Positions 40,069-54,229 of a DNA stretch of 64,000 nt are shown piece after piece. A program made the position numbers and the translations under genes. Each line of letters opens with the position of its first letter. The first letter of the stretch is position 1. Below the pieces are notes generated by a model, which saw only the letters and a program-made list of their open reading frames with translations, was not told the DNA's origin and searched no databases. The stretch comes from Octopus sinensis (lineage: Eukaryota), in assembly GCF_006345805.1 (NCBI RefSeq), contig NC_043004.1, positions 17,112,001-17,176,000 on the forward strand, in the 5' to 3' direction.

Positions 40069-40085
<17 letters not shown>
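38655..40085. repeat. direct tandem duplication, period ~737 bp, each unit with a minus-strand hammerhead variant and a truncated tRNA-like head
   Basis: Identical ORFs at 38749/39486; HHR motifs at 39147-39191 and 39884-39928 (core CCGAAGA). Confidence 0.9.
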
Positions 40086-40131
<46 letters not shown>

Positions 40132-40198
40132 CAACAACAACAACAGCAACATCGAAAAATACCTTAGGAATGAGAACCCAGGTTCAAAATTTCCTCAA

Positions 40199-40244
40199 GA
40201 CACCTGATGAAGGCTGGAGGGTATATCAGCCGAAACGTTGTGTT
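40199..40244 (+). ncRNA. minimal type I hammerhead ribozyme motif
   Basis: GACAC-CTGATGA-A-GGCTG-10nt-CAGCC-GAAA-CG-TT-GTGTT; palindromic AACGTT stem III. Confidence 0.75.
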
Positions 40245-40424
40245 TACAACAAACAAGATGAGGACAAATATCCGTCAAATGTAAACAATGTAAATAATTC
40301 CTCATCTCTTAAATATAGAACTGTATTAACAACAGATGCTTGCCCCTGACCTGCTACAAATAGAAACCCTATTCCCTCAAATCAAACAGTATTTATAAGG
40401 GTATACATATATTTTATTTTTTAA

Positions 40425-40815
40425 TTGTTTCAATCATTGGACAGCGGCCATGCTGGGGCACCGTCTTGAAAAGTTTAGTCGAACAAATTGACACAGTACT
40501 TATATCCTTTTAAGCCCGGTACTTATTTTGTTGTTTTATGCTTCTTTTTTTTTTGTTTTTTGCCAGACCGCTAAGTTACGGGGAGCGTAAACAAATGAAG
40601 ACGGGTTGACAAGCAGTAGTGGAGGACAAGCTTAAATACCAAAGCACACACGTACACACACATGCAAGTGTGTGTGTGTGTGTGTGTGTACGACGGGCTT
40701 CCATGCAGTTTCTGTCAGCGAAATTCGCACACAAGCTATTGGTCGACCCGAGGCCGTAGTAGAAGACACTTGCCCAAGTACTGCGGCACAGAGTGACTAG
40801 ACTCGAAACCAGGTG
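40425..40815 (-). mobile_element. SINE family B
   Basis: Homologous to 30501-30880. Confidence 0.75.
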
Positions 40816-42672
40816 TCATGCGTGCACCTAATACTCATAGAATATACAAAATGCTAGGATGGCCTAATCTGGAGCGCCTTTGATTGTACGCATGAGCCAA
40901 TCAAGATGTCCCAGAGACAATTCCTGTAATAACTGTGACAATCAAACAGTAAAGATAGACGTGATTTTTCCGCACTTTCTTCGTCTCTTACCACCACCAT
41001 TATCATCATCAATATCAATATTGCCATCATCACCTTCATCATCATTATCAACACTATCACACTTATCGACATTATCAACTTCATTTACATCGTATTTCAT
41101 AGATGTGTTATCAATATCTATATGTTGAATATTAGTATCATTATCATCTTCAAAGACCACAATTTTTCCTACTTTTGTTATCACCATGCCAACCATGCAC
41201 GAGCGGGTTTTATTTAATCGAACAGTTGCAGAATTTCTGACTTTTTGCCAAAAGCCATACACAAGATAATATTGATTTTCTCTTTTTCTTTTTTTTTTTT
41301 GCCTTTTTTTCTATTTTTGCAAGTCATTCTAAATGACGTTTGTGAACAGCTGCGAGGTCGTTCCAGAAAATCTATTTGATGCCAAAATATTGAACCAGTC
41401 AACTATCTCCCGAAGTGAGGTCATCGTATTTATTTTAAATTTCATAAAATTTAGTAAATAATTGAATAACCGCAGAAAATGTTGCAAATTCTTCCATAAA
41501 TTTACAGTGCCCTTAAGAACAATTTGGTTTAGATGGTTGTGCATTATTAGTTAAGTAAGTAAATTAAGAAGTTGGCTATGAAAAATAACCATAGATGCAG
41601 ATGTGATTCTGTGATTGAGACGTTCACATTGTATTCACATGGTTTTGGATTCAGTTCCACTGCAAGGCACCTTGGACAAATATCTTCTGCTATAGTTTCA
41701 CGCAGACTAATACTTTGTGAGTCAATTTGGTAGACGGAAACTGTATAGAAGCCTGTCGTATATAAGTGTGTATATGTGTGTCCTCTATTTTTAAGATGAT
41801 AGGTTTGGATTTGAGAGCGATTTGTTTACTAATTCTACTAGGCTAAAGGATTATGTAATGGCTGCCTCAATATCTCAGAACGGTAGGTCCTAAGATGACA
41901 CCAGCACTGGAAAATATCTCCGTGTTGTTAATTTACATATCCAAGTCGCAAACACCTAAACAAGCCGTTGCACTTCAATATAAAGCCAACCGCTATTTAG
42001 AGGGGGTTCTCATTATCATTAAGCTATTTTATCCATTTTTTGTATATTTCTCTTAATAATATATATATATATATATCAATTTGATATGGGCGATTCTTTC
42101 TTGTCTTGGGATTCACAGTCAAACGGCTGAGTAGAATTGCGTGAAAAATTACGTCGATGTGTAGAATGATCCCGTGGAGTTGCTGGGTTTTGTATTTTTT
42201 CATAGCTCCCATGGTTACCGAGATAATCTACTATAATAATACTCTTTTGTTTATGAATGAGAAAGGAAGAGGTGATAGATGAATAAAGAAGGAAGGGGTG
42301 ATGTCATACTTGGTAGTGGGATTATGAGAATTGTACGCTGAAAAAATATATCAAACAGCGTTTCAACTCTGTGTGAATATATGTGTATGTTGTAGAAGAG
42401 GGGTATGCGAATGTGTGTGTTTGCGCACGCAATGGAAGTGGGATGGTTCATCTTTGTTCGCTTAGTATTTTGGTTTATTTTTTGATTTGGTTGAATTTTG
42501 GCTTGTCTTTTTTTTTGTTGGTCAGTTATTTTTAGCATTTTGACAAAAAAAAGTCATTCTAAAATTGTTTTTTAACGTAAGCGTGTCCAAACAAGTTGAA
42601 TGCTCCAACACAGAGTAGGTTTTACAGCTACATCATCCAAACCGACCGGAGGAAACCAGGCTTATCTGCTAG

Positions 42673-42810
<138 letters not shown>

Positions 42811-43681
42811 TTGTTGCAGCTGTTCTAGATAAAATCTAACAGTAATTTTAATCCGAGATTAATGGATAAACACTATGGGAAGAGAAATTATTGGATGTGT
42901 AGTCTTTTGAGGGTGGAGGAGTAGCAGAAATTGTAAGGTACCTGATTAAATAACCATGGAATTTTGCCAGTTCGAATCCTGCCGGCGTCGACTTCGGTTT
43001 TCATCCCTCCTGGATCGACAAGTTATGCAGTGGTAATGAACCTCAGACGAAATAACTAACTTCGGCTGCAAGGCCTTCTTTGGACAAAGTTCGAACGCAT
43101 TAATATTAAATAAAGTCTTATATTATGCAAACTGTAAGTTTATTAAATTCTTTAAGACATGGCTTAACACGATTATAATTTACGTGTATTACTACATCCA
43201 AATAAAAATGGCCACTTTCATATAAATTTCTTGTAGTCAAGCTGTATCAGCGACCTCATAAATCTAGTTCATTTCTTTATTAAATGAACACCAAAAGAGA
43301 GGAAATTGATATAACCTGGTAATTGTTTAGTGTGTTCATTAATCATTCTATTAGTTATTAACGTTTATCAGTAGAATCATGACAATGAGGAGCAGTTGAC
43401 AGCCATTATTAAAGTTACGCTGGTAAGTAAAGAAGGAAATAGAGATATATCACCGTTCAAACGCACAACAGTGTCACAAAAGATGTTATCTTAAGTGAGA
43501 AGAATTGTGATGCAAATGTTTAAAATGTTCAGAAGTTGACTTTTACATCGATCGATCGTTGTTGACGTCAAAACCTTACACTAAACTCTAGAATTAATTT
43601 CTGCTCGACCTTTCTTTACTGACACATGACACATACATCATACACATGACATAAAATATAATCGCACATACATCATATGCA

Positions 43682-43723
<42 letters not shown>

Positions 43724-44059
43724 AAATGTCACACATATATCTCATATAGCCAGACATACATACACACATAACGCATTAAATACAATTTACTGAAGCGTTG
43801 CGCATACATCACAAACACACATGCAACACATTTAAACACACAGCTAAACACATACGCGCATATATCACACCCATCAGACTCATAGTTCATATATATTGTA
43901 CCTACTGTTATATTAACCATAACACACACACAGTCTCTCTCTCTCCCTCTCTCTCTTTCTCTCTCCACATCCACAAAATACACGTGACACACATAATACG
44001 TATAAAACCCACACATAAGTCTCACTATCTTCCTCATATATAACAATCATTAATGTATT

Positions 44060-44091
<32 letters not shown>

Positions 44092-44327
44092 CAATCCAGC
44101 ATACAATTCGTATTACCCATAAGTCACGTATGTATTGTACGTATTATATACACATATCACGCATACATCATACGCATATAGTAGTTGCAAATGTATTAAA
44201 CATAAAATTAAACGCGCAGACACATACATACACATACACGCGCGTAAACACGCACACATCACAAATTCTGACGAATAGAAAATTAAACATAAAACACATA
44301 TACTACTATATACACACATTTATACAT

Positions 44328-44386
<59 letters not shown>

Positions 44387-44411
44387 ACATACATACACAG
44401 ATAGATAGATA

Positions 44412-44518
<107 letters not shown>

Positions 44519-45134
44519 TGGTTCTCCAACACATTTTGCTCATCTCGATTACTCATACACTCCTCACAACCACATATCACACACACACACACATGTGCGT
44601 CACACATAACAACACATGCACACAATATATAAAATATAGCATACAAAACACGCTCACCACATATATATTACACATAAAAACCATAAACTGACACACACTA
44701 ATATACTTATATATCACCTACGCATTAACACACGCATTACTTACACAGCAGACACCTATACATTTCCATATTTACACACATGAATTAACACACAATCATT
44801 TAAACTAAAAGTGGGTTTTTTGTGTTTTTTTTAAAGTAGGGTGTGTTTTTTTGTGTGTCTTTTGCTTCTTTTTTTTCCTACTTTCCATCTTATTTTGGAG
44901 TGAATTCAGACATCGAAAAATAAACACATCCCTCCCTCTCTCTGCCATCATTTTCTATTCTTGCTAATACTATTACCTTCTCTTTCACTCTCTCTCTCTT
45001 TTTCTCTCTCTGTCTATCTTTCATTCTGTTTCTTTATCTCTATATTTTATGTTACCATGTTTAAATACATCTACACTAAGAGCACACTTCACTCTACACA
45101 AACATAGACCCCACACACACACATGCACGCATAT

Positions 45135-45631
45135 ATATATATATATACATATGTGTGTGTATGTGTGTGTGTGTGTGTATGTGAAGAAAGAGAGAGAGCA
45201 GGAAAAAGAGATATAGAGATTAATAGATTTAGATATGTGTGTGTGTGTGTGTACATGTATACACATACATATACAAATAAGCGTGTACATATATGTGCAC
45301 GAGCATAACTGCAGTATCCTGTTGTACGTGTGTGTGCATACACACACACACACAATCGTATATGTATGTATATATATTATATATATATATATAATATATA
45401 TATATACATATGTGTGTGTATGTGTGTGTGTGTGTGTATGTGAAGAAAGAGAGAGAGCAGGAAAAAGAGATATAGAGATTAATAGATTTAGATATGTGTG
45501 TGTGTGTGTGTACATGTATACACATACATATACAAATAAGCGTGTACATATATGTGCACGAGCATAACTGCAGTATCCTGTTGTACGTGTGTGTGCATAC
45601 ACACACACACACAATCGTATATGTATGTATA

Positions 45632-45655
<24 letters not shown>
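45135..45655. repeat. direct tandem duplication, period 259 bp
   Basis: GTGAAGAAAGAGAGAGAGCAGG starts at 45181 and 45440; the unique parts appear identical. Confidence 0.9.
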
Positions 45656-45690
<35 letters not shown>

Positions 45691-46157
45691 ATACCACTCA
45701 ATAAGTTTGAATTTAATATAATAATAACAGCGGTAGTGGGTTTGCAGCAGTTGTTTTTCCTAAGTTTCGCGTCACCGCTTTTCAAATCATTTCACTTTTA
45801 GAAGCTTGTAAAAATTCTGTCATCCAAATATAAAGGTAAATAATTAAATAAATGTGACATTTGAATAAGGTAGCAGTGGGGTGGTTGTAGTGGCAGTAAT
45901 AGAGAATAGTGTAAGGAGAGGCGGGGTTATATGATTTTATTGTGTGGGTTCGTTAGAATCTAGGCACACCAACTAGTAGAACGCCAGAAATGGCTAGGTA
46001 CGATAACATTGAGCTCTCATTGAAATTAAAAACATTGATTGCGTAAAATATTCGGATGCCATAGTTATGCAAGTATCAAATCCAATTTAAACCATAAATC
46101 CGACTGGAGGATGACTTGTTAGAGTGGCGAAGATATAAGGAGTAATCACAAATAGTG

Positions 46158-46267
46158 TTTAAAATTTATGACAGCTGTTTCGGTAGAATTCTATAATCGT
46201 ATGTATTCTACTATTATAATATATAATCATAATATATAATCCACTGTCATCAGGCAAAATGTTAAAC
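46158..46267 (-). ncRNA. hammerhead-like motif, same family as 29581-29680
   Basis: Minus strand TTTTGC-CTGATGA-CAGTGG...CC-GAAA-CAGCTG-TC-ATAAATTTTAAAC; stems I and II weak. Confidence 0.5.
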
Positions 46268-46583
46268 AGGTTAGATTTTAAAACATTGATCTGGACAGAG
46301 TCAACATTCGTTGGACTAATGACTCATTTAAGTTTTACCTTCGAATATATATGATAATTAGGTATGGTTTCAAAACAGACAAATAAGAAACAAAGAGATA
46401 AAAATATCATATGAATATAAAATCTAAGTTCTCTTAGAAATTAGTTTGGGTATTTGTGAGTGTATGTATCTATGTGTGTATATATATATATATATATATT
46501 AAACTTTTACACCTACGGTAGCTGATCAAAACTTCTGAAGTCACTGACCCGCTACTTGTAAGAGTTTAATAAACCTTACAGAC

Positions 46584-46625
<42 letters not shown>

Positions 46626-46626
46626 T

Positions 46627-46729
<103 letters not shown>

Positions 46730-48155
46730 TTAGATAGATATGTGTGTGTATGTGTATGTTTGCATGTGAGAGAGTGAGGGGGAGAGAGACGATGCGACAT
46801 AGAATCTGTGTTTTCTAAAAGGAAAGAAAGATTTTCATGACAATTCCAAAAATATCGACAAAGTTTAATGGAATTTACGGCATAATCTGCCTGTAATAAA
46901 AAGATTTCTAAGAATTAATTCGTTTTTGTGGCAATATTTAGAGAGCCGTTCGTTGCTTAAATGTAATGGACTTAATACATTTATTGCAAATCTTAATATC
47001 AAGAATTTTTCGTTAATGCATGAGTGACACGGACCCGGTCATTCAGAAAATGGTATGGCGTATGTTACTGTTGAGCATCGAATTTTATAGTTGGTCGTAG
47101 GTTTGTCCTTTAGTCACCAAACGTGTTGTAAAAAGAAGTGTTTGTTTCTTTTCTTTGAGGTATCTAAAGGAATATGAATGCTGGGCGTATTTACTTTTAA
47201 AAGTTCGTTCAGTTAAGCTTGTTTGGATACTAGGATTGATACAGTTGTCTGGTTCCTCTTACCTCTGTAATTAATTTCTACTTTTTATTGATTGATTCAC
47301 TCGCTAATTTCAGTCCTTCTTTCAATCCCAGATTATTTGCTTCTCATCTTTGACACTTATTTGACATTTATTCTTTTATTTAATAAACAAACTATTTTTT
47401 TTTATTATAATCATTCTTATATCTCATTCCATTTCGCATACTTCTGGCACGTTTTTCCAACCTCTCTTCCACCAAACATATTGCACTTTATAAATCACTC
47501 CATTCGCCTATCTCTGCATAAAGCCTCCATTTTGAAAGTAGTCAATTCATCTTTCATCCACCGCTATTTTAATTGGTTGCATCGCCATAATTATCTGTCC
47601 CCTTCGATACGAGGTTTGTATACTCAACGACGGATACAATATTTTAATATGACTAAATTTATTGCAGTTTGCACTATTTTCTTTCTCTGTGTCTTTACAC
47701 AGAGGCGTAGACAAAATATTACCGGTTGTCAAAGAGTGAAGGGAGACGAACACAAGCACAAAGCACATCTACTCACCTATATACATGTGTGTGTGTGTGT
47801 GTGTGTGTTATTTTATAATTATCATATTACCACTTCGTGAAATCAGTGACTGTTTCCTGTGACAATTTTTATAAGGATGACAGCCGAGATTTCAGATCCA
47901 CCGCCCGTGATGAAGTAAGCATTACTAACGAGTAAGTTAATCTAATACAGCTTGCTCACGGTGGGGAGATGTGGGGGTTGACACAGTCCAAACAAAACAT
48001 GTGACTTTTCATGGTTAAGGACCCTTTGACTGCTATTTCTAGCAATACTGGTACTAACTGCACCCTTTAGTCACTTTTAGTCACGATGAATTATTTCCTT
48101 TTTGGTTTTAAATTGCTCCTGGCCATCTTTACTGTTTTATATATATGTATATATG

Positions 48156-48228
<73 letters not shown>

Positions 48229-49039
48229 CACTATTATGCAAAAGTGTCGTAAGTCCAAGACATTGCGTTTTCAGAATACGAAAAAATGGTTTCAATATTC
48301 CATAATTCCGTAGCAAAAACGGCAGGCAAATGTCTGGAGCAGAGTGGAGACTGTTGCTCAACAAAAATTATTAAATACAGACCAGCAAACCCCACTAAGC
48401 CCCCAAAAATAAAACAAACGCCTACCTGTAGTCGAGCTTCAAACGTTCAATATTTCACGTCAAAAGACGTGACTTACAAGCAACGCGAACTCTTCAGTAG
48501 TAAGGTAAGCAAGCTACTTACCACACAGCTACTCCATATTTTATATACGTGTGCATATATATGCCAAATATAATATACATATGTAGATATATCTGCATAC
48601 AGCCATAAATATATGTGTGTGTATGCTTGAACGCATATTTACAGATAGATATATATTGGGGAAGAGAGAAACAGAGGGACAAAGGCAGAACATACAATCA
48701 TAAATTATATTTATATATTTAAATATTTGGTTTCTGTTTGCTATATGTACATATAATTTATTTCTATCAAGTTAATTTCCTTGTGTAGACACTTCACAAT
48801 CTCATCTTCCCTTATAATTGCTTTCTTTTACGTCAATTTACTACTGGTTAGCTTTCAGTACTTGTCCGTCTGGATGTTTTCATGTTTGTATTCGGCAACC
48901 GAATGTCTCCGAAAAATCTTACAGATTTCATCACGTAAAACACACGTCACCTTTACTCTGACCCGCTGTCACACACGAATTCTTATTACAAGAGGGAAAT
49001 ATTTAACATTCAAACTACAATTTCTGCTTCTTAACTACA

Positions 49040-49180
49040 ACTACAATAATAACAATAACAACAACAACAACAATAGCAATGGTGATGATGATGATGATAA
49101 TAATAATAGTAATAATAATAATAATTATAATAATAATAATAATAATAAATAATAATAATAATAATAATGATAATATAATA

Positions 49181-49211
<31 letters not shown>

Positions 49212-49239
49212 AATAATGATAATAATAATAATAATAATG

Positions 49240-49270
<31 letters not shown>

Positions 49271-49299
49271 TGATGATGATGACGATGATGATAATAATG

Positions 49300-49338
<39 letters not shown>

Positions 49339-49409
49339 TAATAATAATGCTAATATTTTTGCTTCCTGTCTTCTTTTTTCTGCTTCCATTCGTTCTTATC
49401 AGTACGATT

Positions 49410-49482
<73 letters not shown>

Positions 49483-49490
49483 CTGTCGTC
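49040..49490. repeat. compound (AAT/GAT/CAT)n microsatellites
   Basis: Direct reading. Confidence 0.9.
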
Positions 49491-49639
49491 GTCATTATAT
49501 CCGCTATTGTATGCTATGCTTTCTAAGCTCAACCACGAATAACTCCTTGGGCCTTGGATAAGTGCAGTGTTGTGGCTTTCTATTGTATTGCAGTTATTCA
49601 ATATATGATACGCAAAATGCCTTATAGGGTTATTTTCTA

Positions 49640-50230
49640 TATATTGTATTTGTATTTAAATCCTAGCGTTTTGCTTATGTACTTGTCTGCTTCACTTATT
49701 CTAAAACTATGTGAATAGCTTCTCTTTTCAACCCCTCATATGCAGTTTATCATTATTCGTTATCATTATTTCTAGGTTTTTACACTCCGATATCTTTATT
49801 AATTCTAAAGATATATCGTCCTTGGTTGGAACTGAAATTTGGTTAGGCGATATTTGTTTTTATCTCTCAATATTTCAGAATCGGCATCAGCCAGAATATA
49901 ATGACTTTGTTACGTGTATAAACCTTATATAAACAGTATATAAACATGCACTTTTGTAGGATATGGCTATTTATATAATTCTTCTTTTTCCGACCACTAC
50001 AATGTGATAGATGGTTTCTTTGCAACCTGCACATATTCGGCTATAGTGTTTTCCTGCTTCTGTTTTGCGTCTTTATGACCTTTATTGTAAGTTTTTTGGG
50101 GAATCTAATTAAAACTTCTTACGTCTCAGCTTTAAGTTTTGGGCTTCTGTGATAGGGCTAACTTTGTTCTACACCCACATCGGCTTGTCCTGTATAATTA
50201 ATATTGCTTAGATAGGAAATATTTACCACC
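49640..50230 (-). mobile_element. degenerate R4/Dong-like fragment
   Basis: Remnants RICAGCKETIYHI, ISVP.KDDISL, ECKNLEI. Confidence 0.5.
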
Positions 50231-50868
50231 ATCTCAGAATATTTTTTTAGCTAGGCCTAGATTAATGTCGGTAGCATTTTTCTTGAACAGTTGCAGATCG
50301 GTAGAAGCAGGAAAACCTTCCAGAGGTCCGTCGGCATAGAACGAATGGCTGTGCAAAAAGCTTAGCACAAAGCTTTTGACAAACGTAACATAGGTGACAG
50401 ACAGAAAGTGAGACGAGGGAATCGGAAATGACCGAAGTGCAGCGAGAGACTAACCAACTCACAGAAGCAGGAGGAATTATAGTTGAGATAGAAAAGAAGC
50501 GAAAGGACAGAGAACATCTGTAGACCAGAAGTCAGAGTATGTTTGTGAACTATTTCACGTCTGTAAGTCGAGTGATCTTTTGTGGATGCTGTCTAGGATG
50601 GTCTTGTAAATGGAAGCAACAATATTTTATTGCATGTCTTAAGTGAGTTTTGCGAAGGATTAGTAGTTGTTGATGGAAGGCGTATTAGTGAATCTGCAGA
50701 AGACCAGTCTTTGAGATGCAATTTTTACTGAGGACGTGCGTTTGCCCACAGAGATCCTTAGTGTTAGCGGAACATATTATTTGAACCGGTCGTGAAATTT
50801 CTAATTGAACACTGTTCAGTTTTAAGAAGGTGAGGTGCGATAATGTTTTCATTCTATTTCTTATTTCT

Positions 50869-51169
50869 TATTTCTTTATTTCCCACAAGGGGCTAAACAT
50901 AGAGGGGACAAACAAGGAGAGACAGTGCATAACTGGTAATTATTTAATCGACCCCGAAAGGATGAAAGGCAAAGTTAACCTCGGCGGAATTTGAACTCAG
51001 AACGTAGCGGCAGACGAAATACCTATTTCTTTACTACCCACAAGGGGCTAAACACATAGAAGACAAACAAAGACAGGCAAAGGGGTTAAGTCGATTATAT
51101 AGACCCCAGTGCGTAACTGGTACTTATTTAATCGACCCCGAAAGGAAGAAAGGCAAAGTCAACCCCGGC
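50869..51169 (-). mobile_element. SINE family A, tandem dimer
   Basis: Two head-to-tail partial copies. Confidence 0.8.
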
Positions 51170-51206
51170 TCGGTAGATGGTAATTATGAGCAAGTCTGTC
51201 GTATAG

Positions 51207-51246
<40 letters not shown>

Positions 51247-51435
51247 TGTGTGTGTGTGTGTGTGTACGTGTGTGTGTATGCGTGTTGGTTTATTTGTGTT
51301 CCCGTAACTTAGCGGTTCGGTAAATGACACAACAAATAAGTACCAGAGTTTTTTTTTTAAATGGTAAATAGTGAGATCGATTTGTTTGACAAACGCCTTC
51401 AAGGTGGCGCACCAGCATGCCTGCACTGAAATAAG

Positions 51436-51869
51436 TGCAGTAATCCCTCGCCATATCGTGGTTCACTTATCGCGGTTTACTATCTAAGTTTACGTCGATT
51501 CCTCCGTGGTGTTTTTTTTGCATTTATAGTAAAATAAATATATACAATATTCTGTTGTATGTGGGGAGAGTCTTTTCTTTTTGTGCCTTGTAATTTAACA
51601 CACTCACAGGTAAAATTTCCAATTATTTCTTATTTTCATTTTCCTAAAATTTTCATTGCGTCTTGCAACCTTTTCAATAGTCTTGACTCTCAACACACGA
51701 ACTCATATAAAGAATCTTCTTGCAAACCAAATCCAAAAACGAAATATATACAAATTATAAAAATAATTTTAAAAATATACAGTACAGTACTGTTTCTACT
51801 TCGCGGATTTTCACCTATCGCGGGGTGGGGTTGGAACGTAACACTCGCGATAGTCGAGGGATTACTGCA
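51436..51869. mobile_element. pogo/Tigger-like MITE
   Basis: TIRs TGCAGTAATCCCTCG / CGAGGGATTACTGCA; no ORF. Confidence 0.7.
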
Positions 51870-52184
51870 AAAGATAAATGATAATAAAAGATTTATGAAT
51901 GTTTTGTCGTTGCAGTAAATAAGTTACAATACACTTCTAATCTTTTCATGACAAAATACAATATTCTGTGTTAGCTTCTTGGTAATACGTTTAAAATCTG
52001 TCATTATTTCCCTTGTTTTAGGTAGGCTTTCTTATTTACTTAAATTCAACCTGAGAATATTATGCCTACAGTATAATACTGGACAGTCAGAGTAATGTTA
52101 TTGTTTAGCTTAGTGTAGGTATTTAGCTCAATTTAAATATTTTATCTAATTCCTTTTCAATATTGCTCCTAACCATTTTTCTTG

Positions 52185-52185
52185 T

Positions 52186-52220
<35 letters not shown>

Positions 52221-52249
52221 CATATATATACATATATATATTTATATTC

Positions 52250-52285
<36 letters not shown>

Positions 52286-52329
52286 TATATATATATGTAT
52301 ATATATATATACATATATATATTTATATT

Positions 52330-52360
<31 letters not shown>

Positions 52361-52523
52361 ATATATATTATATATATATAATATATATAATATATATATA
52401 TATATAATATATATATGTGTATATATATATATATAAATATGTATAAATATAAATTTATATATATGTGTATATATATATATAAATATGTATATATATATAT
52501 ATATATACCAATAAAATTATATA

Positions 52524-52558
<35 letters not shown>

Positions 52559-52600
52559 ATATATATAGATATATATATATATATATACATATATATATAC
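52185..52600. repeat. long degenerate (TA)n tract
   Basis: Direct reading; similar tracts at 70-227, 10990-11230, 25260-25635 and 42675-42805. Confidence 0.95.
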
Positions 52601-52739
52601 ACTGCTTTCTGTCTGGTTTATTCATTCTAAAGAATTCGTTCTTAAATAAATGTTAACATGATTTTATGTATAATTTTCTTATCTTCTATTGTTTATCTGT
52701 TGCAATATTACTAATTTATTTAAAAATTTTCTGTCTTCC

Positions 52740-53200
52740 AGGTGTTTTACGTATAATTCTCCTATCTCTGATTCTTTATCTCATATATTCCTGGTTTTTC
52801 ATAATTCTGTCTTTATAATTGCCTGGTCGCATGTTTCCCAACCAAGTTTATCGTCAGTCATCTTCTGAATCCATTGTATACCAACTACAACGAGTTATCT
52901 CTTCTTTGTCATCAGCAGCGTACTGCTGGAGATCATCCACATATAGGGGTTGATTGATTGTTACTATAATTCTTATATGTATATCCAGCTGGGACTATCA
53001 TATTCATTAAATGCTTTAGCGTCAAACAGAAAAGGTGGGATAAGAGGGAATATTCTCGGAAATTCTATTTAAAAACTGGCGACACACGTGAAATCCAGCT
53101 GGTTTTATGCTGTTAAATCTTGAGTTAACAAGATTTAACTCTCCCCAATTGTCCAAGTAACCCGTCTAAAATAGTTACGCTTGTTTTACATTTGTTGCCC
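52740..53200 (-). mobile_element. R4/Dong-like RT fragment
   Basis: Minus strand LYVDDLQQYAADDKEE at about 52900-52949, preceded by GYTYK. Confidence 0.6.
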
Positions 53201-53718
53201 GTGAGTGACTGGGCAACAACAGAAACAGTCCCCCTCACGTTCAGAGCACAGAATAGGTTATATGCTCTATCTAAAGTTCTGCTTCGTAGTGTTCGGGTTT
53301 AATTTTCCAATACGGTTAAATTATGTTCAAACAGAATAGAAGTGTATATGGAAACGAATGTGACTTGATTGGTACAGAAACTAAACTAAAATAAGCACGC
53401 CCTGTATCTCCACAAGCATCAAAATTAGTAAAGAGCTCTATCAGAGAGAAATATATTTGAAGAGACGCAACTAAGCAAACTACAAGATTGCGATAGCAAA
53501 GGTATTGCAACCGATTGAGTAGTGACAAGAATTGTCTTCGGTTATTTCTTCAACGCCAAGCACGAAGGCTGCGTCGCGAAAGTTTTGGGCTAAAACAAGA
53601 GGTAACGAACGCCGTTTCATTGGCAGAAGTGACGAAGATACGACGTAGCAAGAAGCCCGCAGTTGTACGTGTGTGTGTGTGCGTGTGTGTGTGTGTGTGT
53701 GTATGTGTGTGTATGTGT

Positions 53719-53810
<92 letters not shown>

Positions 53811-54146
53811 GAGAGAAAATATACGTATTCTCATCCAAGATGGAGGCGAGTATCAACGTCTCATGTTTGATATGTACTGAGAGATCTCTCAGCATGAAAC
53901 CAATGATAACCTTCTTAACTCCCAAATATATATATATATTCTTTTATTCTTTTATTCGTTTCAGTCATTTGACTGTGGTCATGCTGGAGCACCGCCTTTA
54001 GCCGAACAGATCGACCCCAGGACTTATTCTTTGTAAGCTTAGTACTTATTTTATCGGTTTCTTTTGCCAAACCGCTAAGTTACGAAGACATAAACACACC
54101 AACATCGGACGTCAAGCGATGGTGAGAGGACAAACACAGACGCTCA

Positions 54147-54207
<61 letters not shown>

Positions 54208-54229
54208 CTACGAGCTTCTTTCAGTTTCC

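Noticed and set aside
48440-48500. Minus-strand CTGAAGA...GAAA, and similar hits at 14956 (+) and 52853 (-)
   Set aside because: Stem II, stem III or the NUH site cannot be formed; the 52853 hit lies inside RT coding sequence
53500-53870. CpG-richer patch with CCAAGATGGAGG (YY1-like), a possible promoter or exon
   Set aside because: The motif is imperfect and the ORF runs into (GT)n, with no supporting gene structure
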